A stretch of DNA of 39,605 nucleotides. It comes from an uncultured delta proteobacterium. Its GTDB lineage: Bacteria; Desulfobacterota; Binatia; UBA9968. Of the stretch, positions 30,415 through 39,605 are shown piece by piece (positions within the stretch are counted from its first letter, which is position 1; each line of letters starts with the position of its first letter). The translations under genes and the position numbers were made by a program. Below the pieces are notes generated by a model. It was not told the origin of the DNA, made no database searches, and saw only the letters and a program-made list of their open reading frames with translations. The stretch lies in assembly GCA_963755715.1 (NCBI GenBank), contig CAVWLW010000048.1:1-39605 (forward strand), written 5' to 3'.

Positions 30415-31848
30415 ATGGCCACTGGATACAACATCGAAGATCTCGAACGTTGGAATGACAAAATCATCCCCTTGGTGGAGCGCTTCGGCCTCGATCCTTT
30501 CCCGCAAGAATTCGAAGTTTGCGACCATGAGGACATGCTCTCCTACATGGTCTACTCCGGCATGCCTTCCCATTACCCGCACTGGTCCTACGGCAAGAAT
30601 TTCGAGAAGCTCAAGACCTTGTACGAGTACGGCGTCAGCGGTCTGCCCTACGAGATGGTGATCAACTCCAATCCATCGATCGCCTATCTCATGCGCGACA
30701 ACAGCCTCGCCTTGCAGGTGCTGACGATCGCCCACGTTTATGGCCACAACGATTTTTTCAAAAATAACTTCACGTTCCGCTCGACTCGGGCCCAATACAC
30801 CGCCGAAACATTTAAGAGCCATGCCAACCGCGTGCGCCATTACGTTGAAGATCCGAGCATCGGCCTGGAAAAGGTCGAAGCCGTTCTGGACGCCGCCCAT
30901 GCGCTGTCCTTGCAATGCCGGCGTAATTTCGCGATCAAAAAACTGACGGCGGACGAAGAGCTCAAAATGAAAATGGCGGAATCCGAGCCGCCGATCGATC
31001 CGTTTAGCAACATTCATCGGCGCCGGGAAACGGCCGCGCCGGATCTGAACAAGGTGCCGCTCTATCCGGACGAGGACCTGTTGATTTTCATCCGCGACCA
31101 CAACCGCCAGCTCAGCGAGTGGGAAAAGGATCTCTTGACCATCGTCCATGAGGAGGCGCGGTACTTCGTGCCGCAGATCGAAACGAAAATCATGAACGAA
31201 GGTTGGGCGAGCTTCTGGCATAAACGGATTCTCGAGACTCTCGAACTCCCCCAGGAATTGCACCTAGAGTTCATCGTGCGCCACACTCAAGTTCTGCGGC
31301 CGAGCCCGGGCAGCTTGAATCCCTATCACGTCGGCATGAAAATCTGGGAAGACATCGAAAAGCGTTGGGACCATCCCACCGCCACCGACCTCGAAGAATT
31401 CGGCCCGCGCAAGAAAAACAGCCGGGAGAAAATGTTCGAAGTGCGCGAGGTGGAGCGCGACGCTTCGTTTTTGCGACGCTATCTGACCGAGGAGCTGATC
31501 CGCGAACTCAATCTATTTGAGTACAAAAGTCGCGGCAACGACCAGGTAGTAAGCCGCGTCGCCGACAAAGAAAACTGGCGCGAGATTAAAGAAACGCTGA
31601 TTCAAAACGTCGGCACCGCGACCATTCCGGTCATCAAAGTCGAGGATTCCGATTACGCCAACAGCCGCACCCTGTTGCTCAAGCACCATCACGACGGGCG
31701 CGACCTGCAGCTCGAATACGCCGAGAAAACATTGAGGTACGTCAGCCAGCTCTGGGGCCGCGACGTTGCCATGGATACCGTACTGGACGGCCGAAACACG
31801 CAGTTGGTTTTTTCCGACGGCAAATTCGCCCTCAAAAAAGCGGCCTGA
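30415..31848 (+). CDS. spoVR: SpoVR/YcgB family protein
   Basis: GMPSHYPHWSYGK, YEMVINSNP, AHVYGHNDFFKNN, TKIMNEGWASFWH and NPYHVG. Confidence 0.96.
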   Translation: MATGYNIEDLERWNDKIIPLVERFGLDPFPQEFEVCDHEDMLSYMVYSGMPSHYPHWSYGKNFEKLKTLYEYGVSGLPYEMVINSNPSIAYLMRDNSLALQVLTIAHVYGHNDFFKNNFTFRSTRAQYTAETFKSHANRVRHYVEDPSIGLEKVEAVLDAAHALSLQCRRNFAIKKLTADEELKMKMAESEPPIDPFSNIHRRRETAAPDLNKVPLYPDEDLLIFIRDHNRQLSEWEKDLLTIVHEEARYFVPQIETKIMNEGWASFWHKRILETLELPQELHLEFIVRHTQVLRPSPGSLNPYHVGMKIWEDIEKRWDHPTATDLEEFGPRKKNSREKMFEVREVERDASFLRRYLTEELIRELNLFEYKSRGNDQVVSRVADKENWREIKETLIQNVGTATIPVIKVEDSDYANSRTLLLKHHHDGRDLQLEYAEKTLRYVSQLWGRDVAMDTVLDGRNTQLVFSDGKFALKKAA

Positions 31849-31868
31849 CGCGCCGCGCTTTCTTCTTT
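31840..31868 (+). terminator. Possible weak intrinsic terminator after spoVR
   Basis: 5-bp stem gcggc/gccgc followed by gctttcttcttt. Confidence 0.3.
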
Positions 31869-31922
31869 CGGTTGCCAAAAATCCGCTGCCGTGCGACTAC
31901 TGGCCGCTAACGGATCCGCGCT

Positions 31923-33038
31923 ATGGCATCCTTAGACGTAATCTCCGCGCTGCAAAAATACCTATCGAACTCGCTTGATGACGCGGCCGTTCAGCGCCGC
32001 TCGCTGACCGGCATCATCGGCGATGCGCCGTCGCATTATTCCAAGAGTCCCGCTTTGTGGAACGCGGCGTTCGAGCAGCTTGGCTTGAATGCCGTCTATC
32101 TGCCGTTCGATGTCGACGCCCCGCATGTCGGTGATCTACTCGCAGCTTTAAAATCATCGGAACAATTTTTAGGCGCCAACGTGACCGTGCCGCATAAAGT
32201 TCGCGTAATGGATTTTCTCGATGAGCTTGATCCCGGCGCCCGGCGCATTCAGGCGGTCAACACGATCGCGCGCGGCGCCGACGGCCGGTTGGTCGGCTAT
32301 AATACCGACGGCGCGGGTTTCGTCGAAAGTCTATTGCGGCGCCAGCCGGATCGCGACGAAAATTTTGTCGCGTCGCTCAAAGAATTAAACGTGCTGCTGC
32401 TCGGCGCCGGCGGCTCGGCGCGCGCCGTGGCGTTTCATGTCGCGGATTTGCTCGAGGGCGGACAGCTAATCATTTGCAACCGCACGCCCGAGCCTGCGCG
32501 CTCCTTGGCCGGCGAGATTCAGAAAGTCGGCCGTCGAGCGATCGCCATCGATGAAGCGGAACTGAGCGATTGGGCGCGCAATGCCGGATTGATCATCAAC
32601 AGCACGACCAAGGGCCAAGGCGGTGTGCGCAAATTATCCAACGGCATGGCGACTTTGCTCGAATCCTACTCCGCGTTGGCGCCGGCTCATCCGCCGGCTT
32701 TCGCGGAGGCGGATGCCGCAAAACCCGATTTCGCTGAGCGCTGGTCGGAAGCGGCGAGAGCCGGCATCGAAGCGAACCATGAAGCGTCACTGAAGGTGGC
32801 CGAACGCGTCCCGGCGCCCACGCGATTCTACGATCTGATTTATCATCCGGCAGAGACGGTTTTCTTGCGCCACGGCAGAAGCACCGGGCATCCGACGATG
32901 AACGGCAAGGCCATGATCGTCAATCAAGCAATGATCGCCTTCTGCGAGCGCATCTGCGCCCCAGAGCTTCGCGCGCGCGGCCTCGACACGGCTGAGACGC
33001 GCCGGCAAATTTTAGAAATCATGTATCGGGCTTGGTAG
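31923..33038 (+). CDS. Shikimate dehydrogenase family protein (AroE-like, with insertion)
   Basis: SKSP, GANVTVPHK, AVNT, YNTDGAG, GAGGSARA, CNRT, YDLIY and MIVNQA. Confidence 0.9.
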   Translation: MASLDVISALQKYLSNSLDDAAVQRRSLTGIIGDAPSHYSKSPALWNAAFEQLGLNAVYLPFDVDAPHVGDLLAALKSSEQFLGANVTVPHKVRVMDFLDELDPGARRIQAVNTIARGADGRLVGYNTDGAGFVESLLRRQPDRDENFVASLKELNVLLLGAGGSARAVAFHVADLLEGGQLIICNRTPEPARSLAGEIQKVGRRAIAIDEAELSDWARNAGLIINSTTKGQGGVRKLSNGMATLLESYSALAPAHPPAFAEADAAKPDFAERWSEAARAGIEANHEASLKVAERVPAPTRFYDLIYHPAETVFLRHGRSTGHPTMNGKAMIVNQAMIAFCERICAPELRARGLDTAETRRQILEIMYRAW

Positions 33039-33100
33039 CACCGAGCACCCTCTGCTCCAATGCGTTTAGCCTTTCGAGCTTATGACGATGCCGTAACGCG

Positions 33101-33334
33101 CTACGAACTTGTGATGATCGCGCCGCACTCCTCGCAGCGATATTTGGCCGCGCCATCGTCCAGCGCTTCCAGCTCGTCGAATTCATACCGGCGCTCGCCC
33201 GACCGGTCATAACATTCCGGGCAATAGCCGTCGCCCAACTCCTCGCCGTCGAGAGTCAAATGGCAATGCCGACAGCGCAGCGTGCGCTTTCGCGCCGGCA
33301 AAAATTCGAGCGCGGTGTGTTTGCAAGAAACCAC
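33101..33334 (-). CDS. Small Cys-rich putative zinc-ribbon protein
   Basis: CKH, CRHC, CPEC and CEEC within 77 aa. Confidence 0.7.
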   Translation of the reverse strand: MVSCKHTALEFLPARKRTLRCRHCHLTLDGEELGDGYCPECYDRSGERRYEFDELEALDDGAAKYRCEECGAIITSS

Positions 33335-33352
33335 GGGTGGAAAACTGAAAGC

Positions 33353-33571
33353 TCAGCGCGAAAGCTTGGTGACCGAAAGGATATCGCCGGTGCTGACTTG
33401 GACGATGCCCTGTTCGGACTCGATGGAAAAATTTCCCGAGTCGTCTTTCCGCGTGATACGTCCTTCCATCGGATTTGGAAACCGACCGGTTTCGGGCCGC
33501 AGCGTGACCTTAACCCGGTCGCCGATCGCCAATATTTTTAAGGAATTGGCTAACGATTCGAATATTGCCAT
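33353..33571 (-). CDS. Small hypothetical protein (possible SH3/Sm-like beta-barrel)
   Basis: RBS AGGAGG. Pattern IGDRVKVTL...MEGRIT...FSIESEQGIVQV...DILSV. Confidence 0.65.
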   Translation of the reverse strand: MAIFESLANSLKILAIGDRVKVTLRPETGRFPNPMEGRITRKDDSGNFSIESEQGIVQVSTGDILSVTKLSR

Positions 33572-33658
33572 GAGCCCTCCTATAATAGCTTCCGATTTTT
33601 TTCGCGCCTATCAGTCCGCTCTATTTTCAGCTTAGCTCTTTTTAGATGCAATTTCGTC

Positions 33659-33677
33659 AGATCACCTATAGTGATCT
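33659..33677. promoter_or_regulatory. Perfect 7-5-7 palindrome (possible operator or hairpin)
   Basis: AGATCAC-ctata-GTGATCT in the AT-rich region upstream of 33571. Confidence 0.35.
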
Positions 33678-33927
33678 CGATGACTCTCTATTTGACCGCA
33701 AAATTTCTTGAAATCAATTTATGTAGCGGTCGAAATCGCATAACTCTCGGGCGCGTCCGAATAAAACGATCAATGGGGCCGACCATCTTTGTTCGCGAAT
33801 CGCCATTGACCTCTTGTTTATTATCGAACAGCCCGTCAGACTCGCCCATCCGGGCAAAGCTATGGGATCACGCGGACGCCAACTGAGCTAATACCGCGCA
33901 TCCTCCGCTCCATCGCCGCGGAGTGAG

Positions 33928-34281
33928 TCAACGCACACCTGCCGCGAAGTCGCTTTCTTTAATGAACCGCCAACCAGCCAAACCAGCTGCTCCTTCATCA
34001 TCGGATGCGCCGCTTATCCCCTTGATGTTCCCGACCATGACGTAGTCGTCGGCGCGAATATAAGTTTTCAATTGCTTCAAAAAAATTTCTTTAGACATTT
34101 CCATCGGGCCGATGAAGCTGAAAATACGATGCCATAACGGCACCGTTTGTACTACGACGGCCCAGTTGCCGTTCAGGCCGACGATGTCGCCGCGGCGTTT
34201 AACCTCGTCGATACTCGCTATACTGACTGGGCCCGCGGAAACATCCAGCGTCTCGTCGACGTCGAACGCATAAATATTCAT
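33928..34281 (-). CDS. Minimal HAD-superfamily-like protein (117 aa)
   Basis: Motif I YAFDVDETL, a Lys in MSKE and motif IV-like VMVGN...SDD...AGWRFI. RBS GGAGGGAG before ATG 34281. The ORF track's longer start overlaps the opposite-strand gene. Confidence 0.75.
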   Translation of the reverse strand: MNIYAFDVDETLDVSAGPVSIASIDEVKRRGDIVGLNGNWAVVVQTVPLWHRIFSFIGPMEMSKEIFLKQLKTYIRADDYVMVGNIKGISGASDDEGAAGLAGWRFIKESDFAAGVR

Positions 34282-34419
34282 GGGTTCTTGCTCCCTCCTG
34301 CCATGCCTGAAATATCTTAAAATAGGGGTGATCTTTCCGGCAAGCGCATTCGAATCGGCCGCGTTGAATTCTCTTTGAGACGCTAACCCACAGATCGAAT
34401 TATAGTGTAATCTGGGACG

Positions 34420-35478
34420 ATGGAAAGCGTGGAAGTTTTGCTCATGCCGCAGCTCGCCGACGAAGCGCTTCAGCGCATTCAAAGCATCGATCGGCGCATC
34501 AAGATCATCGATGCCCGGGGCTGGTTCGATGTGGAGTTGCGCGCTACCTGGCCGCAATGGACTGTTGAGCGTTACATCGGCGCCAGAAAATCTCCCGCGT
34601 CAAGTCTTGAGGAGCGCAATCAGGCGCTCGCGTCGGCCGAGGTCGTGTTAACCGGCTGGCCGCCATTGAAAGATTTACGAGCGCGCGCGCCTCGCTTGAA
34701 ATGGGTGCACGAGCTTCCCGCCGGCGCCAGCAATTTTCTCGATACCGATCTTTGGGGCTCGGATATTTTGGTGACCACCTCGCGCGGGCTGACCAATCGG
34801 CGTCCCATGGCCGAGTATGTGCTGGCGAGCTTTCTCCATTTCGCTCGCGGGCTTCACCTGAGCTACGCAGAAAAACAGCGCCGCAGATTCGATCACCAAG
34901 CTTACCATTCCATGATAGTTAGGGATAAGACCGTATGTATTGTCGGCGCCGGCGGCATCGGCCAAGAGGTGGCAAACCTCTGCGCCGCGGCCGGCATGCG
35001 CGTGATCGGCACGCGCCGGCGCGCGTCGGCGGGCGCGCCGCTCCCGCCCGGCTTCGCGCGAGTTGAATCCGCCGATCGTCTGCACGACCTGCTTCGCGAG
35101 AGCGAGTTCATCGCCATTTGTTGCCCGTGGACGAAAGAAACCCATCATCTGATCGGTCGCGCGGCTTTTGCCGCGATGAAACCAGGAACAGTTTTGGTCA
35201 ATATCGCGCGTGGCGAGATCATCGACGAAGAAGCCCTGCTGCAAGCGTTAACGGAGGGCAAGCTACGCGGCGTCGCGCTGGACGTCTACGACGGCGAATT
35301 CGAGCGCGCGCCTGACCCGCGCCTTTGGGCAGATGCGCGAGTGGTCATTACACCGCATGTCTCGGCGCTCACCGACGTCTCCGAGCACGGCGGCCTCAAA
35401 TTATTCTGTGAAAACCTGGCGCGCTACCTGGAAAGCCAACCTTTGGAAAACGTCATCGACTGGCAGCGCGGCTATTAA
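34420..35478 (+). CDS. D-2-hydroxyacid dehydrogenase family protein
   Basis: GAGGIG, VNIARG, LDVYDGE, ITPHVSA and C-terminal NVIDWQRGY. Confidence 0.92.
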   Translation: MESVEVLLMPQLADEALQRIQSIDRRIKIIDARGWFDVELRATWPQWTVERYIGARKSPASSLEERNQALASAEVVLTGWPPLKDLRARAPRLKWVHELPAGASNFLDTDLWGSDILVTTSRGLTNRRPMAEYVLASFLHFARGLHLSYAEKQRRRFDHQAYHSMIVRDKTVCIVGAGGIGQEVANLCAAAGMRVIGTRRRASAGAPLPPGFARVESADRLHDLLRESEFIAICCPWTKETHHLIGRAAFAAMKPGTVLVNIARGEIIDEEALLQALTEGKLRGVALDVYDGEFERAPDPRLWADARVVITPHVSALTDVSEHGGLKLFCENLARYLESQPLENVIDWQRGY

Positions 35479-35498
35479 GCCGGTGTGTCGAGCGCCGG

Positions 35499-36935
35499 TC
35501 AAATGGCCTTTTTCATCTTCAGTGAGGTCAACAACGGGACGAGACTGATACCGAGGGCGAAGAGATAAGTCACGTTCATCGAGCCGACGAACGCTTTAGT
35601 ATCACCGGGGTCGGGCGTCGTCCCCGGATCCCCGGAATAAAATCGGAAAGCCAAGGTCAGAAAAATCCCGCTGAGCGAGATGCCGAGCATGTGTCCCAAA
35701 CCAAAAATCCCGTTGATGATGCCGACGGCGATACCCCAATGTTCTTTGGGAAGCGAGCTCACCATTACGGCCTGCGACGGCGTATTGAAGAAAGCCGAGC
35801 CGATGCCGGTAAGCGCGAGCAGCACGCTCGGCAATAGCCAATGCGAATCGGCACGCAGATTGGCGCCGATGAGAAAAGCGGCCATCAGAACAAGCACGCC
35901 CAGGATCAAGAGAAAGCGCGCGCCGATCCGATCCGTCAACGCGCCGCTCACGGGCGAGAGCACCATACTCAGTAGCGACGGACCGAGAAAGATTATGCCG
36001 ATAAAACTCGGTGAGAGCTTGAGCACGTCCTGCAAATAAAAAGGCGTGACGAAGCTCGTCATGCCCTGCGTGATACAGCACAAAAGTAAACCGAGCGAGC
36101 CGAAGCCAAAGGTAGGAATCGAAAAAAATGAAAGATCGATCATGGGGCTTTGGATTTTCTTTTCATGGGAAATAAATCCCCAGAGCGCGCCCAGGAAAGC
36201 CAGGCCGAGGAGCACCTGGCTGCCTGAGCCGACCACTTCGGCAATTTTTTGATCGAGCAGCAACGTGACCAAAATCGTCAGGCCGAGGAAAAGCAACGCG
36301 CCTCGATAATCGATCGACTGTGGCCGCGCGTTGCTTGCCTGAACGGCGCGTCCGGTCACGTAGCAAAGCGCCATTCCAATCAGGCTCGGCACAAACAATA
36401 AAAAGAAAATGCCGCGCCAGTGAATCCAGTCGATGATCAGGCCCCCGAGCGGCGGACCGACAAAAAAGCCGAACTGGTGCGACATGGCCATCAGTCCCTG
36501 GGCCTTGCCCTCGGAGCCTGCCGGCATCGCCTTGAACCCCAACGTGCGCCCGGAAGACTGAACCATCGCGCCGCCGACGCCTTGCACGAAACGAAACAGG
36601 ATCAGTTGAAAAACATCCTGCGAAAGCGCGCAGAGAAGCGAGCCCAGCGCCATCACGGCCATGCCGAAACCGTACATCTTGTGATGATCATAGATATCGC
36701 CGAGACGGCCGCAGACAACGCCCAAGCCAATCCCGGCCATCTGATAAACGATCAACGCCCAAGAAATCCCCAGGATGTCGGTCTCCAAAGCCACCGCCAA
36801 GGTCGGCACGGAGATCATGAATACGCGAGTAGAAATCCCAGCGATGGCAATGCCGATTACCGAATTGATCAGCGTGAGTCGGCGGATTTGGTCGTCGGTG
36901 CGGCTTGGATCTGGCGCCTTTGCGGTTCTGAGCAT
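35499..36935 (-). CDS. MFS transporter, DHA2 (14-TM) family
   Basis: GRLGDIYD, FRFVQGVGGAM, GPPLGGLI, WRGIFF and GALTDRIGAR. Confidence 0.92.
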   Translation of the reverse strand: MLRTAKAPDPSRTDDQIRRLTLINSVIGIAIAGISTRVFMISVPTLAVALETDILGISWALIVYQMAGIGLGVVCGRLGDIYDHHKMYGFGMAVMALGSLLCALSQDVFQLILFRFVQGVGGAMVQSSGRTLGFKAMPAGSEGKAQGLMAMSHQFGFFVGPPLGGLIIDWIHWRGIFFLLFVPSLIGMALCYVTGRAVQASNARPQSIDYRGALLFLGLTILVTLLLDQKIAEVVGSGSQVLLGLAFLGALWGFISHEKKIQSPMIDLSFFSIPTFGFGSLGLLLCCITQGMTSFVTPFYLQDVLKLSPSFIGIIFLGPSLLSMVLSPVSGALTDRIGARFLLILGVLVLMAAFLIGANLRADSHWLLPSVLLALTGIGSAFFNTPSQAVMVSSLPKEHWGIAVGIINGIFGLGHMLGISLSGIFLTLAFRFYSGDPGTTPDPGDTKAFVGSMNVTYLFALGISLVPLLTSLKMKKAI

Positions 36936-37100
36936 CCCATCCTATTAAGACCTTACCGGGAAAATCTCAAACTCCGCACTAGCGGAACCATCCCGACATC
37001 GCCGCGATGCATGGGCGGACGACCCGAATTGCTTTGCTCCGCCGCCTAGGCCGGCCCCCAAGTCGTCTAAACCGTTCAATCGCTTCGCTCCGTTAAATCG

Positions 37101-39586
37101 TCAGAGTTCCAACCGGTTCAATCGCAGTGCGTTGCTGATCACCGACACGGAGCTGAAAGTCATAGCGACGCTGGCGATCACTGGACTCAGAAGCACGCCG
37201 AAGAACGGATAGAGCACGCCGGCCGCGATCGGGAATTCCGAGCGCGTTATAAATGAACGCAAAGAAAAGATTCTGCCGGATATTACTCATGGTAGCACGA
37301 CTCAATCGGCGCGCCTTGGCAATGCCGCGCAGATCGCCTTTGACCAAAGTTACGCCGGCGCTTTCCATCGCCACGTCGGTGCCCGTGCCCATCGCAATAC
37401 CGACATGAGCCTGTGCCAGAGCCGGGGCGTCGTTGACGCCATCACCCGCCATCGCGACGATATGGCCTTCGGATTGTAGCCGCTTCACGATTTCACTTTT
37501 TTGTTCCGGCAGAATTTCAGCCTGAATTTCATCGATGCCGAGTTTTTTTGCCACCGCTTCCGCCGTGGTCCGATTGTCTCCCGTCAGCATAACGATTTTC
37601 ACTCCGTCATCGTGCAGCATGCGAATCGCTTCTGGGGTGGACGGTTTGACTGGATCGGCGACACCGATCAGTCCGGCGACCGAACGATCAACGACAACAA
37701 ACATCACCGTCTGGCCGTCTTTCCTGAGCTCTTCCGATCGCACTGCGAGGTCGCTTGCAACAACATCCAATTCCTCCAACAATCGCCGGTTGCCGAGCGC
37801 CACTTGTTTGCCGTCGACGGCACCGACGACGCCTTTCCCGGTGATCGAGCGAAAGTCGCGCGCCTCGGCGAGCTGGATGCCCTTCTTCTCGGCGCCCGCA
37901 ACGATCGCCGCTGCCAGCGGATGCTCGCTGCCGCGCTCCAAACTTGCAGCGAGGCGCAGGATCTCATTCTCGCCTTGTCCCGGCACTGCCACTAGCGCTG
38001 CCAAGCGCGGCTTACCTTCGGTGAGCGTGCCGGTTTTATCCACCACTAACGTGTCGACCTTTTCCAAAACTTCCAATGCTTCGGCGTTTTTGATCAGCAC
38101 GCCCGCTGTCGCGCCGCGTCCGGTGCCGACCATGATCGACATCGGCGTCGCCAAGCCGAGCGCGCAGGGGCACGCGATGATCAACACGGCGACGGCGTTG
38201 AGCAACCCATACGCCATCGACGGTTCCGGCCCGAACATCGCCCAGACAATAAAAGTGATAATAGCGACCAGCACCACCGCGGGAACGAAATAGCCGGCGA
38301 CGACGTCGGCGAGCTTCTGGATCGGCGCGCGGCTGCGCTGCGCTTCGGCGACCATGCGAACGATCTGCGCCAGAAGCGTGTCGCTGCCGACGCGCTCAGC
38401 GCGCATCACAACGCTTCCCGTGCCGTTGACCGTCCCGCCGGTTACCCGGCTGCCTTTAGTTTTTTCTACCGGGATCGGCTCGCCGGTGATCATCGATTCG
38501 TCGACCGAGGTCGTGCCTTCGAGCACGATGCCGTCCACGGGAATTTTCTCGCCGGGGCGGACGCGCAGTCGGTCACCGACTTGCACGCGCTCGAGCGGCA
38601 CGTCCGTTTCGGTGCCGTCGTCGCGCAGCAGTCGCGCGGTCTTAGGCGCCAGCCCTAACAATGCTTTGATCGCCTTGCTGGTTTTGCTGCGTGCGCGCAA
38701 CTCTAACACCTGGCCGAGCAGCACCAAGGTGGTAATCACAGCCGCGGCATCGAAGTACACGGCGACTTCACCGCCGTGACCGCGGAACGATGGCGGAAAG
38801 ACGTCGGGAAAAAGCGTCGCCGCCAAACTATAAACGAACGCCGTGCCCACACCGATGGCGATGAGCGTGAACATGTTGAGACTGCGGTTGACGATGGACG
38901 TCCAGCCGCGCTGAAAAAACGGCCAGCCACCCCAGAGCACCACCGGAGCGGCGAGTAGAAGCTGAAGCCAATTCAGCAGGCGCGGTGAGAAACTTCGCTG
39001 CAGCGGCTGCCCGGGAATCATTTCGGACATGGCGAGAAACGCGATCGGCAGGCTCAACACGACGCCAACCCAGAAGCGCCGCGTCATGTCGATCAGCTCG
39101 GGATTGGCTTCTTCATCCAGAGTCACGGTGCGCGGCTCGAGCGCCATGCCGCAGATCGGACAGGCACCCGGCTCGGCGCGCACGATCTCCGGATGCATGG
39201 GACAAACATATTCCGTCTTCACAATAGGAACCGGGGGCGATGCCGGCTCCAAGGCCATGCCGCACTTGGGGCACGCGCCCGGTTTGGACTCGCGCACTTC
39301 GGGATCCATCGGACAGACATAAACAACATCCTTCTTCTCCGGCTGCGCAGCCTGCGAAGATGTATGCATGTGTGAGTGATCGTCGCTCATGCGCCGCGGG
39401 CGCGTGTGCATGCCCGTGACCATGCGCGGCGTGTTCCGCCGCCGGCGATTTCAGGAACTTCTCGGGATCTTCTTTAAATTTCGCCAGGCAATGTTGGCTG
39501 CAGAAATAATAAGTCTGTCCGTTATAGACGTGGCTTCCCGCAGCGCGCTCGGGCTCCACAGTCATACCGCAGATGGGGTCAGTCAT
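37101..39586 (-). CDS. copA: Copper/silver-translocating P1B-type ATPase with YHS, His-rich and two heavy-metal-binding domains, apparent indels ~39390 and ~37230
   Basis: YHS domain (DPICGMTV...YYFCSQHC), two YxCPMxP...CPxCGMALEP repeats, [31 protein letters not shown] and YN. The final [15 protein letters not shown] lies in a shifted frame ending at TGA 37101. Confidence 0.93.
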
Positions 39587-39605
39587 GTCGGTTCATCCTT
39601 GATCG

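Noticed and set aside
34282-34557. N-terminal extension of the 209-aa ORF 33928..34557
   Set aside because: It overlaps the dehydrogenase on the other strand, and both the RBS and HAD motif I point to ATG 34281.
1148-39586. Programmed ribosomal frameshifting or true pseudogenes as the cause of the split ORFs
   Set aside because: The breaks are scattered across unrelated genes, lack slippery-site plus structure signatures, and all catalytic motifs are intact.
1-39605. CRISPR array, IS, integrase, prophage, tRNA/rRNA or anti-phage defence genes
   Set aside because: I saw no regularly spaced repeats and no recognisable motifs for any of these by eye.

Overview
A GC-rich bacterial chromosomal segment of about 30 protein genes. 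I found no rRNA, tRNA, CRISPR array, transposase, integrase or prophage gene. The many orphan NMT1/THI5-like and Bug solute-binding proteins and the REP-like palindromes resemble Candidatus Binatia-like deltaproteobacteria (inference, not tested). In order, the window holds: pirin and an Arg-type cysteine dioxygenase; solute-binding proteins and a NitT/TauT ABC transporter; RluA; FtsH, followed by DoxX and RluA remnants; a ~15 kb minus-strand run (RfaH-like NusG paralog, PDZ/membrane/GAF histidine kinase, two-domain VOC, ferritin-like diiron protein, FAH, cupin, TPP enzyme, SBP, isochorismatase-family hydrolase, SBP, UPF0182, Bug); a divergent prkA(yeaG)-yeaH-spoVR operon with a sigma54-like promoter; a shikimate dehydrogenase-like gene; three small hypotheticals; a D-2-hydroxyacid dehydrogenase; an MFS transporter; and a CopA-type ATPase. 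About 11 small indels break six otherwise intact genes, most likely long-read sequencing error. No new system is proven. The best candidates are the uncharacterised diiron/VOC/FAH/cupin/TPP/amidase cluster, the RfaH-like gene paired with an orphan PDZ kinase, and the regulatory region between rfaH and prkA.
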